64,000 nt of DNA from Oikopleura dioica (taxonomy: Eukaryota; Animalia; Chordata), in NCBI GenBank assembly GCA_907165135.1, contig OU015568.1, positions 124,001-188,000 of the forward strand, in the 5' to 3' direction. Positions within the stretch are counted from its first letter, which is position 1. Each line of letters opens with the position of its first letter. Positions 37,801 through 48,899 of the stretch are shown piece after piece. The notes under the pieces are model-generated. The model was given only the letters and a program-made list of their open reading frames with translations, did not search any database and was not told the origin of the DNA. Position numbers and translations under genes: made by a program.

Positions 37801-38654
37801 TGAATTTAAGGGGCCTGCCGGCCCTTCGGGCCATCTCAGCCCAATTTGGTGATCTTTGAATTTAAGGGCTTGCCGGCCCTTCGGGCCGTCTCAGCCCCAT
37901 TTTTTGATTTTTGAATTTAAGGGACTTGCCGGCCCTTCGGGCCGTCTCAACCCAATTTTTTGATTTTTGAATTTAAGGGGCTTGCCGGCCTTTCGGGCCG
38001 TCTAAGCCCCATTTTGTGATTTTTGAATTTAAGGGGCTTGCCGGCCCTTCGGGCCGTCTCAGCCCCATTTTGTGATTTTTGAGTTTAAGGGGCTTGCCGG
38101 CCCTTCGGGCTGTCTCAGCCCCATTTTGTGATTTTTGAATTTAAGGGGCTTGCCGGCCTTTCGGGCCGTCTCAGCCCCATTTTTTGATTTTTGAATTTAA
38201 GGGGCTTGCCGGCCCTTCGGGCCGTCTCAGCCCCATTTTGTGATTTTGAATTTAAGGGGCTTGCCGGCCCTTCGGGCCGTCTCAGCCCCATTTTGTGATT
38301 TTTGAATTTAAGGGCTTGCCGGCCCTTCGGGCCATCTCAGCCCAATTTTGTGATCTTTGAATTTAAGGGGCTTGCCGGCCCTTCGGGCCGTCTCAGCCCC
38401 ATTTTTTGATTTTTGAATTTAAGGGACTTGCCGGCCTTTCGGGCCGTCTAAGCCCCATTTTTTGATTTTGAATTTAAGGGGCTTGCCGGCCTTTCGGGCC
38501 GTCTCAGCCCCATTTTTTGATTTTTGAATTTAAGGGCTTGCCGGCCCTTCGGGCCGTCTCAGCCCAATTTTTTAATTTTTGAATTTAAGGGGCTTGCCGG
38601 CCTTTCGGGCCGTCTCAGCCCCATTTTGTGATTTTTGAATTTAAGGGGCTTGCC
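34820..38654. repeat. Satellite array, ~69 x 55-56-bp monomers with a ~1.6-kb higher-order duplication
   Basis: Monomer GCCGTCTCAGCCCCATTTTTTGATTTTTGAATTTAAGGGGCTTGCCGGCCCTTCGG; rare variants recur at ~1615-bp spacing. Confidence 0.98.
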
Positions 38655-39307
38655 TCGTGTAGAGAGATTTTTTCATAACTTCAATCGCTTAAAATCTTCG
38701 AGGGAAAAAATCGCTAAAAAGACCGAGCGTTCATGAATTCGATGATTTGCTTGAAGGCCAGGGTCTCCATTTTGCTTGTTTGATTGTTCGACGTTTGCGA
38801 GCTCTGGGCCTGTTTCTCCTTATCGCGACGGATGTGCTCTCCAATATTAATTGCGGATTGCAGCGGCTTCTCACGCAGAAAAAATGATCGCCCAGAAGTG
38901 ACTCGGATCTTGAAAATCTCACCGCTCTGTTGAATGAGGCCCTTTTCTCCAGCTGATCAGGCCTGTTGCTAAGATCAGATGAGGAGTGTTTTAATGAATC
39001 GCGCATTGTTATAGTTTCGAGAGCAAGTGAGCTCCGCCGACCGGAGAAACTGTCGCTGCACTGTCGTGGTTCTCGGTTCGAGTTGATACAGAGTAATAAA
39101 TAAAGTACTAAGACGCCGGTTTTATCATACTTCTTTATTTCAATTTAATAGATCTTTCGTACAGTCTATGACTTATAATACTAAGATAAAAATGGCCAAG
39201 AGTTTGTAATTTTTCAATGTATCTTCTTGGGAAATTGCAGCTTAATTTAAACAGGCCGTGTTTTACATGTAAAAGTGCACAAGTAGCAAGTAAGAGCCAG
39301 CCGAATT

Positions 39308-39581
39308 CTATCCGAGATTCTGTTGCCCTTCTCTGCTTGTGATGAATTCGTTGTCGGGGTCGAACGGATCGAATACGTCTCTGTAGGCAGCATCGTCGTC
39401 AACTCCATCGACGTCCAAATCAGCACCGACGCGGTAGCCAGCCATGAAACCTGAATTTATGAGTTAGAATTTATTGTCGAAATAAAAAACAAGGCTTCAA
39501 TCAAAAAGACTTACCAGCAAATCCAACTGCTAAAATAACGAGAGCTGCAATGAAGCCAACAACAATTTTGCAGCAAATCAT
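39308..39581 (-). CDS. Small 69-aa single-pass membrane/secreted protein, 2 exons
   Basis: MICCKIVVGFIAALVILAVGFA-[gtaagt..ttcag, 39451-39514]-GFMAGYRVGADLDVDGVDDDAAYRDVFDPFDPDNEFITSREGQQNLG*; frame is consistent across the intron. Confidence 0.7.
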
Positions 39582-40379
39582 TCGCTTGAGATTGTCTTTT
39601 TTGGCTTTTTATTTGATTTAAATTGTAAAATATTTGATTTATTAATAATGTGTTAAATATATATCGAATTTAGATAAAAGCCATTCCAAGACATCGTAAT
39701 TGGAAGCATTTTTTTTCTCTTTCTCTCTCTTTCCCTTCGAGAAAAGGGTTATTCAACCCTTCCTCAAGACTCATGATAGCAAAATTCGAATTCAGTAGCT
39801 TTTAAATCGCGTTTTGAAAGACTGAATCGAAGAAAAACCGGCAAAAGGGGACCTGGAATCATTTTTCCCTTTCATCCCTTTTCCGCGAATCAGGAGCTTC
39901 CGTAGGAACAACCCACTTTTAGAATTCAAATAAAATGTATGATCATTATTAACAAATGAATTGAAATACAGTGCTGATAAGGATTTGATAGCAATGAAAA
40001 GTGTTTCCAGCGGTGAAATTGGCAAGCGGGCGAACAGCGCCGCCACGCGGCTGCCGCGCTGTTACGTAACCGCCGCGTCACTGATTTTTGTTTTCCTCTC
40101 TCGACAGTTTTTAGCTTTTTCTCGGTTTTTTCTTCTTACGCGGTTAAATTTTTTGCAGAAATGGATTTTTCGCATAAAAATACACTACTTTCCACGAAAA
40201 AATTAATTTTTGCATCCTTTAGAGGAGTTACAGAAAAGTGCCTAAAAATCCAGGTACCTATTTACGAAAATCCTTTTTTGGGTCCTATCAGAATCAGAAT
40301 TTTCTGCTCTACAAGATGGTACCCTTGGTTTTCCCAGGCGACCTCGCAATCGCGATTTAATTTTTGTATGCCATCCCTA

Positions 40380-40910
40380 CCCATCACCTGCATTTTTCGT
40401 TTTTCCTTTCTCGCCTTCATTACTTCCCGATTCATGAGCTTCGACGTTTCAGAAACAGATTCTTCGATAGTATGATCTGATCCAAAATTCGTCGATTTTT
40501 CCTCCAGTTTTCTTCTTCTCGCATCTGTCAAATTTCAAATCAGGAAGGCTAGACTCGAAAAGCCTGACTGTACCTAATCGTCGTTTTCCATCTTCCAGAT
40601 AAATAAAGCTCGTGAATACAAAGCTCGGAAAAAGCGTCGCAATCTTTAAATTGATTCAATTTTTCGGCTGAAAATTTCAGCTTGAAATCAAGGAAGAGTG
40701 CGATCCTTTGAATCCTTCCCAATTGAATTTGCCAGAGCTTATCAAGTCCGATCGGCATAAAATTATTGGAGCAAGCATTTTCGCAACCGAATATAACCGT
40801 GTCACATCTAAAATCATCTGCAGTCCCAGTCCAGATCGCCGGGCCAATTAAAGCCGCCATTCCAAGGCGAAAGCCGCAAGTAAGGGCGTACCAAAGGTAC
40901 TTTCGATTAC
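40380..40910 (-). pseudogene. Connexin-like gene copy 2, 5' half
   Basis: LWYALTCGFRLGMAALIGPAIWTGTADDFRCDTVIFGCENACSNNFMPIGLDKLWQIQL aligns with connexin TM1/E1 (FIFRIM...VWGDEQADFVCNT..GCKNVCYD..FPISHIRLWALQL); ends KRKMQVMG at the TSD. Confidence 0.82.
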
Positions 40911-41535
40911 ACGTTCCTTACTCAATGTGAAATATACGACGGAGACTCGGCAATCTCAACTTACTCGGCCTCATCGAGGCATTACGGAGGCAAACTGGCA
41001 TTCTTCAATGGACAACCGACAACAGTTGGGAGCAGCTGGTTTGGTTCTTCTAGTCCGAAAATGGTGGAGACTTTGAGCTCTACTCGCTTGGTTTCTTTGG
41101 GCGATTTCCCGATGTCTTTCAAAAAATTGATTCTTTAATTAAAATCTTAAGGATAATTGCTTATCATGTTCTTATTGGCCTTTCGAGTGGAAATCTTTTG
41201 CTGGCTGGAGGAGAAACATATGAGGACGACTGGGTTGCTCAAACTGCCATTTGGCTTCTTGAAAACGACACTTGGAAAACGATCGGAAATCTACAAAACG
41301 TAAGCTCCAGATTGGAATAATTGTCAGAGAGTTAAATTCATCTCAGGCTGACTCCGGAGGCTCTAGTATAATGATCGACGATTCAATTTTCATCGTCTCC
41401 GGCTACGAAGATCCACATCCAATTGAGCGACTTGAATTAGAAGGAGATGTACTGGTCAATCAAGAAGTCATTGGACACACTGTTTACAGTTCGATTCCTG
41501 TTCTTTTGAAAGTTTTCGCTGATTATTGCGCCTGA
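40911..41535 (+). pseudogene. 3' exons of a Kelch-like family gene (5' part absent)
   Basis: CEIYDGDSAISTYSASSRHYGGKLAFFNGQPTTVG; LLLAGGETY...IWLLENDTWKTIGNL; HPIERLELEGDVLVNQEVIG...ADYCA*; same family as 14280-15240. Confidence 0.75.
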
Positions 41536-41815
41536 AGAGTCCTGATCTTTAGAAATAATAATGATTGATTTTGTTGAATCTGTTTCTTTTAGCAATTTTT
41601 CCTGCAGGTAAAACTTGCCGAGTTCCGGACTATGAGGTTATCCAAATAAATATATAAAGCACGGGAGGCTCTAAAACCCAAAACGCAGCTACCACCCGTA
41701 AATCGGTTAAAACACGATCGGGATCAAAAAGGGATGAGAACAGTGTGAAAAAGTGATAACAAAATAGAATATGTTTATTAGAAATAATATAAAGCAGTAG
41801 AAAAGAGTTTAGCGT

Positions 41816-42570
41816 GGGTAGGCTTCATTTCCCCAAGAGCTTCATTTCCCCAGAGCCTCATCTCCCCAAGAGCTTCATCTCCCCAGCCTGGGCAAATGAA
41901 GCTTCTGGGGAGATGAAGCCCTGGGCAAGTGAAGCTTTTAAGTGCGTGGGCAAATTGTACTTTGTTGTCAATGGCTGAACCTGGCTGCGCATCAAAAATA
42001 ATTTTTTCAAAAAATTGAAAGTCTTAAATATGCGTTTCGTGAAAGAAATACGTCTTTCAAAGTCATCAGAATTATGTTTTCCTTCTTTATTTCTAAATAA
42101 TCAACCACCAATAATCAAGCTGAATGATTACAAGATTGGTTCGATCTGATATTTTTTTCTAAAATGTAATAAATAAAGTACATAATAATAGTTAATGTAA
42201 TAAAAAATAAGGTAACATGCGCAGCGCATACAGTTATGTACGTTATCCGGCCTCTAGCAGACTTGTTCCATAAAAACAGTTTTGATGAAAACTCTATTAG
42301 ATAATTTTTAATGTTCGAGAAATGATACAACTTGATAAAATTCTATTATTGACAATAATTTATTGCCCCGAATGGGGGTTTTAGGTATGAAGAGGTTGAA
42401 TATTTCTCAACATATTTTTCAGTTTTTTTTTTCTGAAAGTAGAATTTGAGCTTCATTAGCCCAAGAGCTTCATCTCCCCAAGAGCTTCATTTGCCCAGGC
42501 TGGGGAGATGAAGCTTTTGGGGAGATGAGGCTCTGGGGAGATGAAGCTCTTGGGGAAATGAAGCCTACCC
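41816..42570. mobile_element. Mutator-like foldback MITE
   Basis: ~125-bp TIRs starting GGGTAGGCTTCATTTCCCC and built of GCTTCAT(C/T)TCCCCA subrepeats; perfect 9-bp TSD GTTTAGCGT at 41807-41815 and 42571-42579. Confidence 0.92.
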
Positions 42571-43947
42571 GTTTAGCGTCGTTAATAATTTTTTACAAAG
42601 TTTGATTTTCCTCGACTTTGAGGAGAATCGCCTGTTCAGAATCAGGCGTGACTCCTGTCAATCGCAAATCAATCGAAGTCAGAGTTGTGTTGCTCCGCAT
42701 CGCGTGTTAAAGATTCTTGCAAGATTCTTCCCCAATATTGCAAGAAGCCAGCAACACTTCCTCGAGCGTTTCATTCTTCGACACCACAGCAAGAAAACGC
42801 CGGAGATGAGGCACTTGAAAAATCAATAGTACTTACAGGAAAGTGCCTTTCCAAAGCCCTCTCCGAGATTATTCGCGGCAATATGCAAGTTCGTCAAGGT
42901 CGAGTTGCTTTCGAGGGCGTCGCCAATGAGCTCTCCACCGATATCGTTGATAAAGTTTTGCGTTAAATTGAGTTTCTACCGATTGGGATTTATTTTTGCT
43001 TATTGTTTACAATAGGGCTCGCCAAAAAAAAGTCGATGTCAATTCTCCCCTACGAATTGCACCTTAAAATGATCCCCGTTTTTTCCTGATTCGAATGATA
43101 TGTCTCTGTCAGGCGTAAGTCTTCGGGAAAAAATTCTAGAGCTAGATCCAAAATCCTGTTTTTGGGACTTCGATCACGTGCCATGACGTCATTTCTCCGG
43201 AAATTTCAATATTTTTTCAATTTTTCGAGCATAACTTTTTATGCTCTTTTAAATAAGCTATTTACGAAGATGGGATCAAGATTTTGCCCAGAAATCCCAA
43301 TAAAATCCTACTAAAAATCCCTCAAATTCACAGTTTTTCGGCCTAATTTTAACCAGAAAACCTTGGATATTTCGAGTTCCCCAAGTTTTCCCGACCCGGC
43401 AAAGTACTTGAAAGAAGCGCAAGGCTTCATTCTATAAGAGTCTTGTCTCAAATCTTGGGAGAATCCAAGTAAACTACCGAAAAAAATTGAATGATTGATA
43501 AAAAATTACGACAATTTTCGATTTTTTCTCAAAAAAGACCATTTTTTTCGCTAAAAATTCTTAGATAGAGCCCGAACCAATACTGCTGATTAAAGCTCAG
43601 ACTCTCAGCTTTATATTTATATCAAATATAAGGAGTTTTGAGAGGTTTTCTTTGTTTATTTTTTCGGTTAAGCAATGAGACCTCGAAAAAGAGCCATTTT
43701 TATCGAAAATTCGCTCTAAAATTTTTTTGGCTGAGTTTAAGGGTGTGGGTTTTAGAACATGGGGAATCAGAAAAACATATTCGCTCGCGACTTCAAGATT
43801 TCATGGCGAGCCCTAGTTTACAAAGCTGTCTAGGTCCTTATCGATAACCCTAACCCTAAGATTTTTCCTAAACAGGAAAATCAATGCGAAAAATCAAGGA
43901 AAAAATCCCAAGTCTTGAGTCTCGTGAGATCCTTCAAAAGCGAATTA

Positions 43948-44946
43948 AACAGGTTTTTTTTAACGTTGCACCATTTTTGTGGAGCGCTTTTCAGCGGGTT
44001 AGAGTTGAGATATTTTGGTTATCTCTTTTGCACAATGTAGGGGAGGGTCTGTAGTGTGTTAAATAAGCTTTTGGTGTCGGCACCATCACTGGTGGTGGAG
44101 TTATGACGTCATTCATTGGCAGGGTGGAACGTTGGGACCGGGCAAGTCGGGCAAGCCGGGCAAAAAATCGGGCGTGCGGGCAAATCGGGCGGCACAGTGC
44201 TCGATTTAACGAGGTAAAAATCGGGCAAAGTCGGGCAATCGGGCAAAAATCGGCGCCCGGGAAAATAGTCGGCGCCCGAAAGAAAAAATGGCATCTAATG
44301 GGCCATAAATACTGGAATTTTCTCTAAAAACGTCCGGTTTCGGTTCTTCATGAGCGCCATTCTTCCTTCGGGATACAAAATAATCCTTTTCCCTCAATAA
44401 ATTTACATATTTTTTGGTTTTGGGGTTGCCGAAATTTCCAGGCAAAAGTCGGCGCCCGGGCAAATCGGGCGGGCAAAAAGTCGGGCGGGAATCGGGCGGC
44501 GCCGACAAAAAAAAATTAATCGGGCGGGCAATCGGGCGGCCAAGTTCAATTTTTTTGCCCCAACGTTCCACCCTGTTCATTGGGTATTCGCGGCAAAGCG
44601 TGAATGGTGGGAGAAAATTTGAAAAGTCCTTAAACGCACCATATATGTTTTTTTATCATACAGGGATGTTTCCTACATGTATACGAAATAAACCTGATAG
44701 TTTTTGGTGCCAACACCAAGGTTGGTGCTGGAGTAATGACGTCATCAAGATTTTTTCCTATGATTTTAGTGTACTTTGGATGTCGTGATTACTCCACCAC
44801 CAGTGATGGTGCCGACACCAAAAGCTTATTTAACATACTACAGACCCTCCCCTACATTGTGCAAAAGAGAGAATTGAAATATCTCGACTCAAACACCATC
44901 AAAAACGCTCCACCAATTATGTGCAACGTTAAAAAAAAACCTGTTT
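43948..44946. mobile_element. TA-flanked foldback MITE (Tc1/mariner-like target)
   Basis: ~170-bp imperfect TIRs starting AACAGGTTTTTTTTAACGTTGCAC; TA at 43946-43947 and 44947-44948. Confidence 0.8.
44120..44575. mobile_element. hAT-type MITE nested in the previous element
   Basis: TIR CAGGGTGGAACGTTGGG / CCCAACGTTCCACCCTG; perfect 8-bp TSD TTCATTGG; TCGGGC subrepeats. Confidence 0.93.
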
Positions 44947-45939
44947 TAGCAATTGCCCCAGCGCCTTCGTCTCCGATCTTATTGTCTTCGAGGATGAGCT
45001 CTTCGAGCGTATTCACCGTCGATACAAGCTGAAAAGGGGATAAAATTATCGCCGATGGAGATTACTGAGAAAAATCATCTGTAGCGTGAAAGATACAATT
45101 ATTGTTCAGAAATAGAACTTCAACTGAAAAACCTGAGAAATCAACTCAAAAAAATCACTTGAAGTTGACATCATTCATTGAATTGATTTCGTATATTTTT
45201 GCATCACTGCCTAAAATTTTCTTCCTTCCGAAAAATTACACATAAGTCGCCAAACCTTTTACCCTTGCCACGCCTAACCCTGCCCATCTGTTTCTCAGCC
45301 TTCTGAGAAAAGAAAATCTTCAGATGACAAGTTCGCCGAAACCATCTGCTCACATCCTGTCGCGCTATTAAATTTCCAAAAAAGACAGATTTCGCCGATC
45401 CTGCGAGTGATACCCTAAGCGTAATTTCTTATCAAAGGCTTCGATCGGCCAGCACAAGAAACACCTGGCCACCATCCCACACTGCGCTCCAGCGGCGCTC
45501 GAGATCGATCTGTCGCGAATTTAACCGAAAACGCCCCGCACTGCGGGGCCCGCAGAGGAACATCACAGCTCGACAAACGGTTTTCAATTATTCCCTTTTG
45601 CAGATAACAAAAGAGACTTCTTCTCATTTCTCAAAACTTCTCAAAGTAAAACCGAAGAAAACATGATGGAAGCTAACCCAAAAGAGATTAAAAACCACCG
45701 ATGTCTTCTTTGCGAGGTAAGATTTCTAGAGATAAATGAAAACCGTAATCGTTCAATTAAGTCATAAGTATCTATAAAATTATAAGCGTCTGCTACTCGA
45801 GAAATAATTCTTAATCTATTAATGACCGAAATCGAAGACTTCTTAGCTCATTGTTTAAATCCTTATTCAAATTTTACTTCAACAAAAATATCAACAAGTC
45901 AAGGCAAACGGAAGTTGTCAACAATTTCCGCTCCCCTTG

Positions 45940-47740
45940 TCATCCTTTATTTCCGCCTGACCGAGTTCTTTTTAGGCTGGACCTGGTCTTTGCATGTTCC
46001 GCCCTGGTCAACAAATGACCGAGATCAAGAAGAAAACCCTCCGCGCCCGCTTCTCGCACAAAATGAAGAAGTTCTTGAAACACTAATCGCCCGAGAAATT
46101 CTAATTTACGCACCTTTCCGATCGACCTCGCAGCCGAGAATCTGAGATGATTTCTTCGCAAGTCCAAAACGCGAAGGTTCGGGTGTTTGAGAAGAGATTT
46201 TACGATGATCCGAGCGTTTCCATCGTCCAGTGGCGATTCCGTCAGACGAAGCACTTTCAGCTGTGGACATTTTCGCATTGTCGAAGAAATAATCAGAGCA
46301 TCGCGTTGCGTAAACTTAAATATTTCTGTAAATAAACGATTCTATTTTATTCAAAAAATATAATTAAAGTCTTGTTAAGTTAAGCATGGGAGCGGAAATT
46401 TGTGCCTGAAGGTGATAAAGTTGACTGGAAAAGTAACGTAGGGAGTGACGTAGTTATTGAAATGACGTTTTTTCTTGAAGCTTTAGCATTATTAAAAAAT
46501 ATGATTAGGGAAAAAATTTCTCGAAGAAATAATTCATAATAAGCCCTTTTTGCCATTTCACAGGCAATTAAGCATTTCTACGCAATTCTGGATCAATATG
46601 AAAACTTCTTTCATGCGAGCTGATAACTTCCTGAGCTGGCATCAAATCGATGACATTTGGTTGATTTATGGTCACCCGTCCGTATAGCCACCCTTCTCGG
46701 ACTCATACTGGGCTGCTTAATTAATTGAAATGATTGTTTTGAGCGAAAATAATACTGCTTGGAAATGAACTTATTCAAGAACCTATTGTTAGGGCCATTT
46801 TTAAATGAGTCAAATGGGTCTTTTTTGAAGGAGAATTTTTTGGTTCTTAAAAGTTGAAAATTTCAAGTCATTCAAAAAAATGCATTCAAAACACCTTTGG
46901 GAATTTCTCCTCTTCATAAAAAACTCAACGGTAAACAGTAAACAACGCCATATAAATTTTATCCGTTTGATCGCCGCGATAACAGGTTTATTTAGGGGTT
47001 TAACGACACGAGAGTGTCGTTTGTGGTAATTTTCCGCAAATTTCATCCCTCGTCGCCACCTCAAGCATCTCCGGGGTCAATTTTTATTTTTCGATCAATA
47101 GAAAAGTGGAAGTCGTGAAATTCGTATTTTTTATTTGCAAATATCTTTACTCCCCATTCTTACCGTGAAAAAGCCCCACTCAAAATTCATGCCGACGTTT
47201 TTGACCTGGAATTGGATGCTGAATTCTTCCAGTTTCTTCAATTCCGCGACGATGGAAGACAAGTCCATGTGGCTAGGGCTGTCTTCCTCATCGTCGTCTT
47301 CTTCGTTGATTTCTTTTATGTCCGGAATCGGGGATAGAATTTGCTAAATGTTGAGTCGCCTCACTTCCGATTTAGCCAAGTTAACAACTGTTCGCAATTC
47401 ATCGCTATCGCTTCGATTAGGGACAAAATGCTCGATTGCCTATTCCAGCGTCTTATAAATATATCGAGTAAGAGTCAAGTCGAACCAGTGCCCAAATCTC
47501 ATCCGCCCGCCGTTTCCAGTACGCATTGTCGTCTATCAAAACAGCTTTCTCAAGTGGAACGTCGAGGGCGAGCTTTTCGACGAGTACCGATCGTTCTTTT
47601 TCGCTCGGCAGCTCGTAAAAACGAGGAAAATCATTCAAATTAGCAACTGAAAAATTCATTTCCTTGCCTTACTTCTTTCTTACTAACCAATAGTTTTGAA
47701 GCGTCCACTCATCATCTTCCGCAATAATTCGCCTGGTCAT
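45940..47740 (-). CDS. TCTE1: Dynein regulatory complex subunit 5 (TCTE1)-like; exon structure partial, 3' end uncertain
   Basis: MTRRIIAEDDEWTL, LALDVPLEKAVLIDDNAYWKR, QFQVKNVGMNFEW and RKCPQLKVLRLTESPLDDGNARIIVKSLLKHPNLRVLDLRRN match the remembered TCTE1 motifs RRIIAEDPEWSL, DLPL...LIDSENYW, VKDCGMNFEW, DDDKARIIIRSLLDHP. Confidence 0.8.
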
Positions 47741-47942
47741 TATTGCTGCATAATTACGTTGATAAACTCGCTCTTGAACTCTCTTTGAAAATGTTTTTAT
47801 TGATGAAGATTGAAAGTTGGAAAAAGCAGATTTATCAATAATAGCAATCGTAAAAGTCTTGGTGACTCATCTTTTGAGCATTTTTTACATGATCTGGGAA
47901 CAGTGAAGAGAGTTAGGACAAGAAATACGCAAGAAGAGAACG

Positions 47943-48703
47943 TTAATCAAGAAATTGGCGGAATGCGTTGTAGCTTTGCTTCAAATCGAAGAGCATTTGG
48001 CGAGCTTGTTCTTCTAAAAAACGGTTGTTTTGGAAACGAAAGGGTTGGCCAAGCTGTGATTTCATCTGACGCAGCCATGGGTCGAAGCTCAGCCTCCCAG
48101 GATTTCTGCGATTCTTTGATTCCCTCAGGCACGTCCGTCATTTGATCGATATTGAGAACGAGCTCGCGGAGTTCTGGATAAAGACTGTCTTTCGAGTAGT
48201 TTTCCAAGTGAATTCGATCTTGAGAGAAATACTTTAGAATAAGAGACCCTGTTGTTTTCAGACCTTGCAGCGAGATAAAGCCAGCAATAACGTCGGCGAT
48301 GAGCACATTTTGGTTTCCTTTATTGTCCCTGTTCGTAATCGGTCTGTATTCTTTGATTCTCGCCATTGCCAGGCGACAATCGAGACGGTAGTGGAAACTC
48401 TTCCACTAGATCGAATCTCATTAGCGATAATTACGCGATAAGTTTTTAATGAGAAAGAGCAAGAAAATCTCATGAGCGGAACTACTCACCAGATGTTATC
48501 TCAGACTGCGGAAGAGCAGTTTTGTACTGCATTAAGAGCCTGGAGCATTGATTCTCATACTCTTTAGTGCTGATTGCATCCTTGATATTCGCCTTTTTGA
48601 GCTCTTGCAGAGTCTTGATTATTGAATACAGTTCTGCCTAGTTTTCGATTTCTTCGCGCTCACGAGCGTTCTCGTGAAGTCGAACTTCTTGGTACAAACT
48701 CAT
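47943..48703 (-). pseudogene. VPS28: VPS28 (ESCRT-I) copy with an in-frame stop
   Basis: MSLYQEVRLHENAREREEIEN*AELYSIIKTLQEL..., RLAMARIKEYRPIT..., PELRELV, MAASDEI, EEQARQMLFDLKQSYNAFRQFLD*; TAG at 48638-48640. Confidence 0.9.
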
Positions 48704-48899
48704 TCTTTTGATGGTACTTTTTAGGGCTTTGAATTTCGATGAACTTTATTTGAAAGGCTGAAAAGAGTTGAGGAAGGAAAAAGTTATAACAGTTGGTTTT
48801 AATATTGAGCCTAGAAAATCTAAGAAGGTATGAGGCTCTTCGTTTAGCGCTTGAACTGCTTTTTCATCGCTCTAGAATTCAATAAGTACAGAGAAAAGG

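Larger units (their letters stand above)
23582..40379. mobile_element. Giant (16,798 bp) non-autonomous hAT-type element with cargo
   Basis: TIRs 23582-23946 and 40021-40379 begin TAGGGATGGCATAC (compare maize Ac TAGGGATGAAA); perfect 8-bp TSD CCCATCAC at 23574-23581 and 40380-40387; removing the element restores the connexin frame. Confidence 0.92.
43890..45410 (-). pseudogene. Leucine-rich-repeat gene remnant split by a nested insertion
   Basis: LVSTVNTLEELILEDNKIGDEGAGAIA (44950-45030) continues as NSLLKDLTRLKT (43945-43910) once the insertion is removed. Confidence 0.6.

Noticed and set aside
34820-38654. CRISPR array or coding repeat (ORF 34827-35060)
   Set aside because: Head-to-tail monomers without unique spacers; single-base indels break any frame.
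38660-39120. LTR-retrotransposon fragment
   Set aside because: Coding-like on the minus strand, but there is no recognisable gag/pol motif, LTR pair or primer-binding site.
23582-40379. Autonomous transposase inside the giant element
   Set aside because: No long ORF and no BED-finger, DDE or hAT dimerisation motif recognised by eye; a degraded remnant cannot be excluded without an HMM search.
44103-45032. ORFs of 61-124 aa in the track
   Set aside because: Most of their length lies within the nested GC-rich MITEs.
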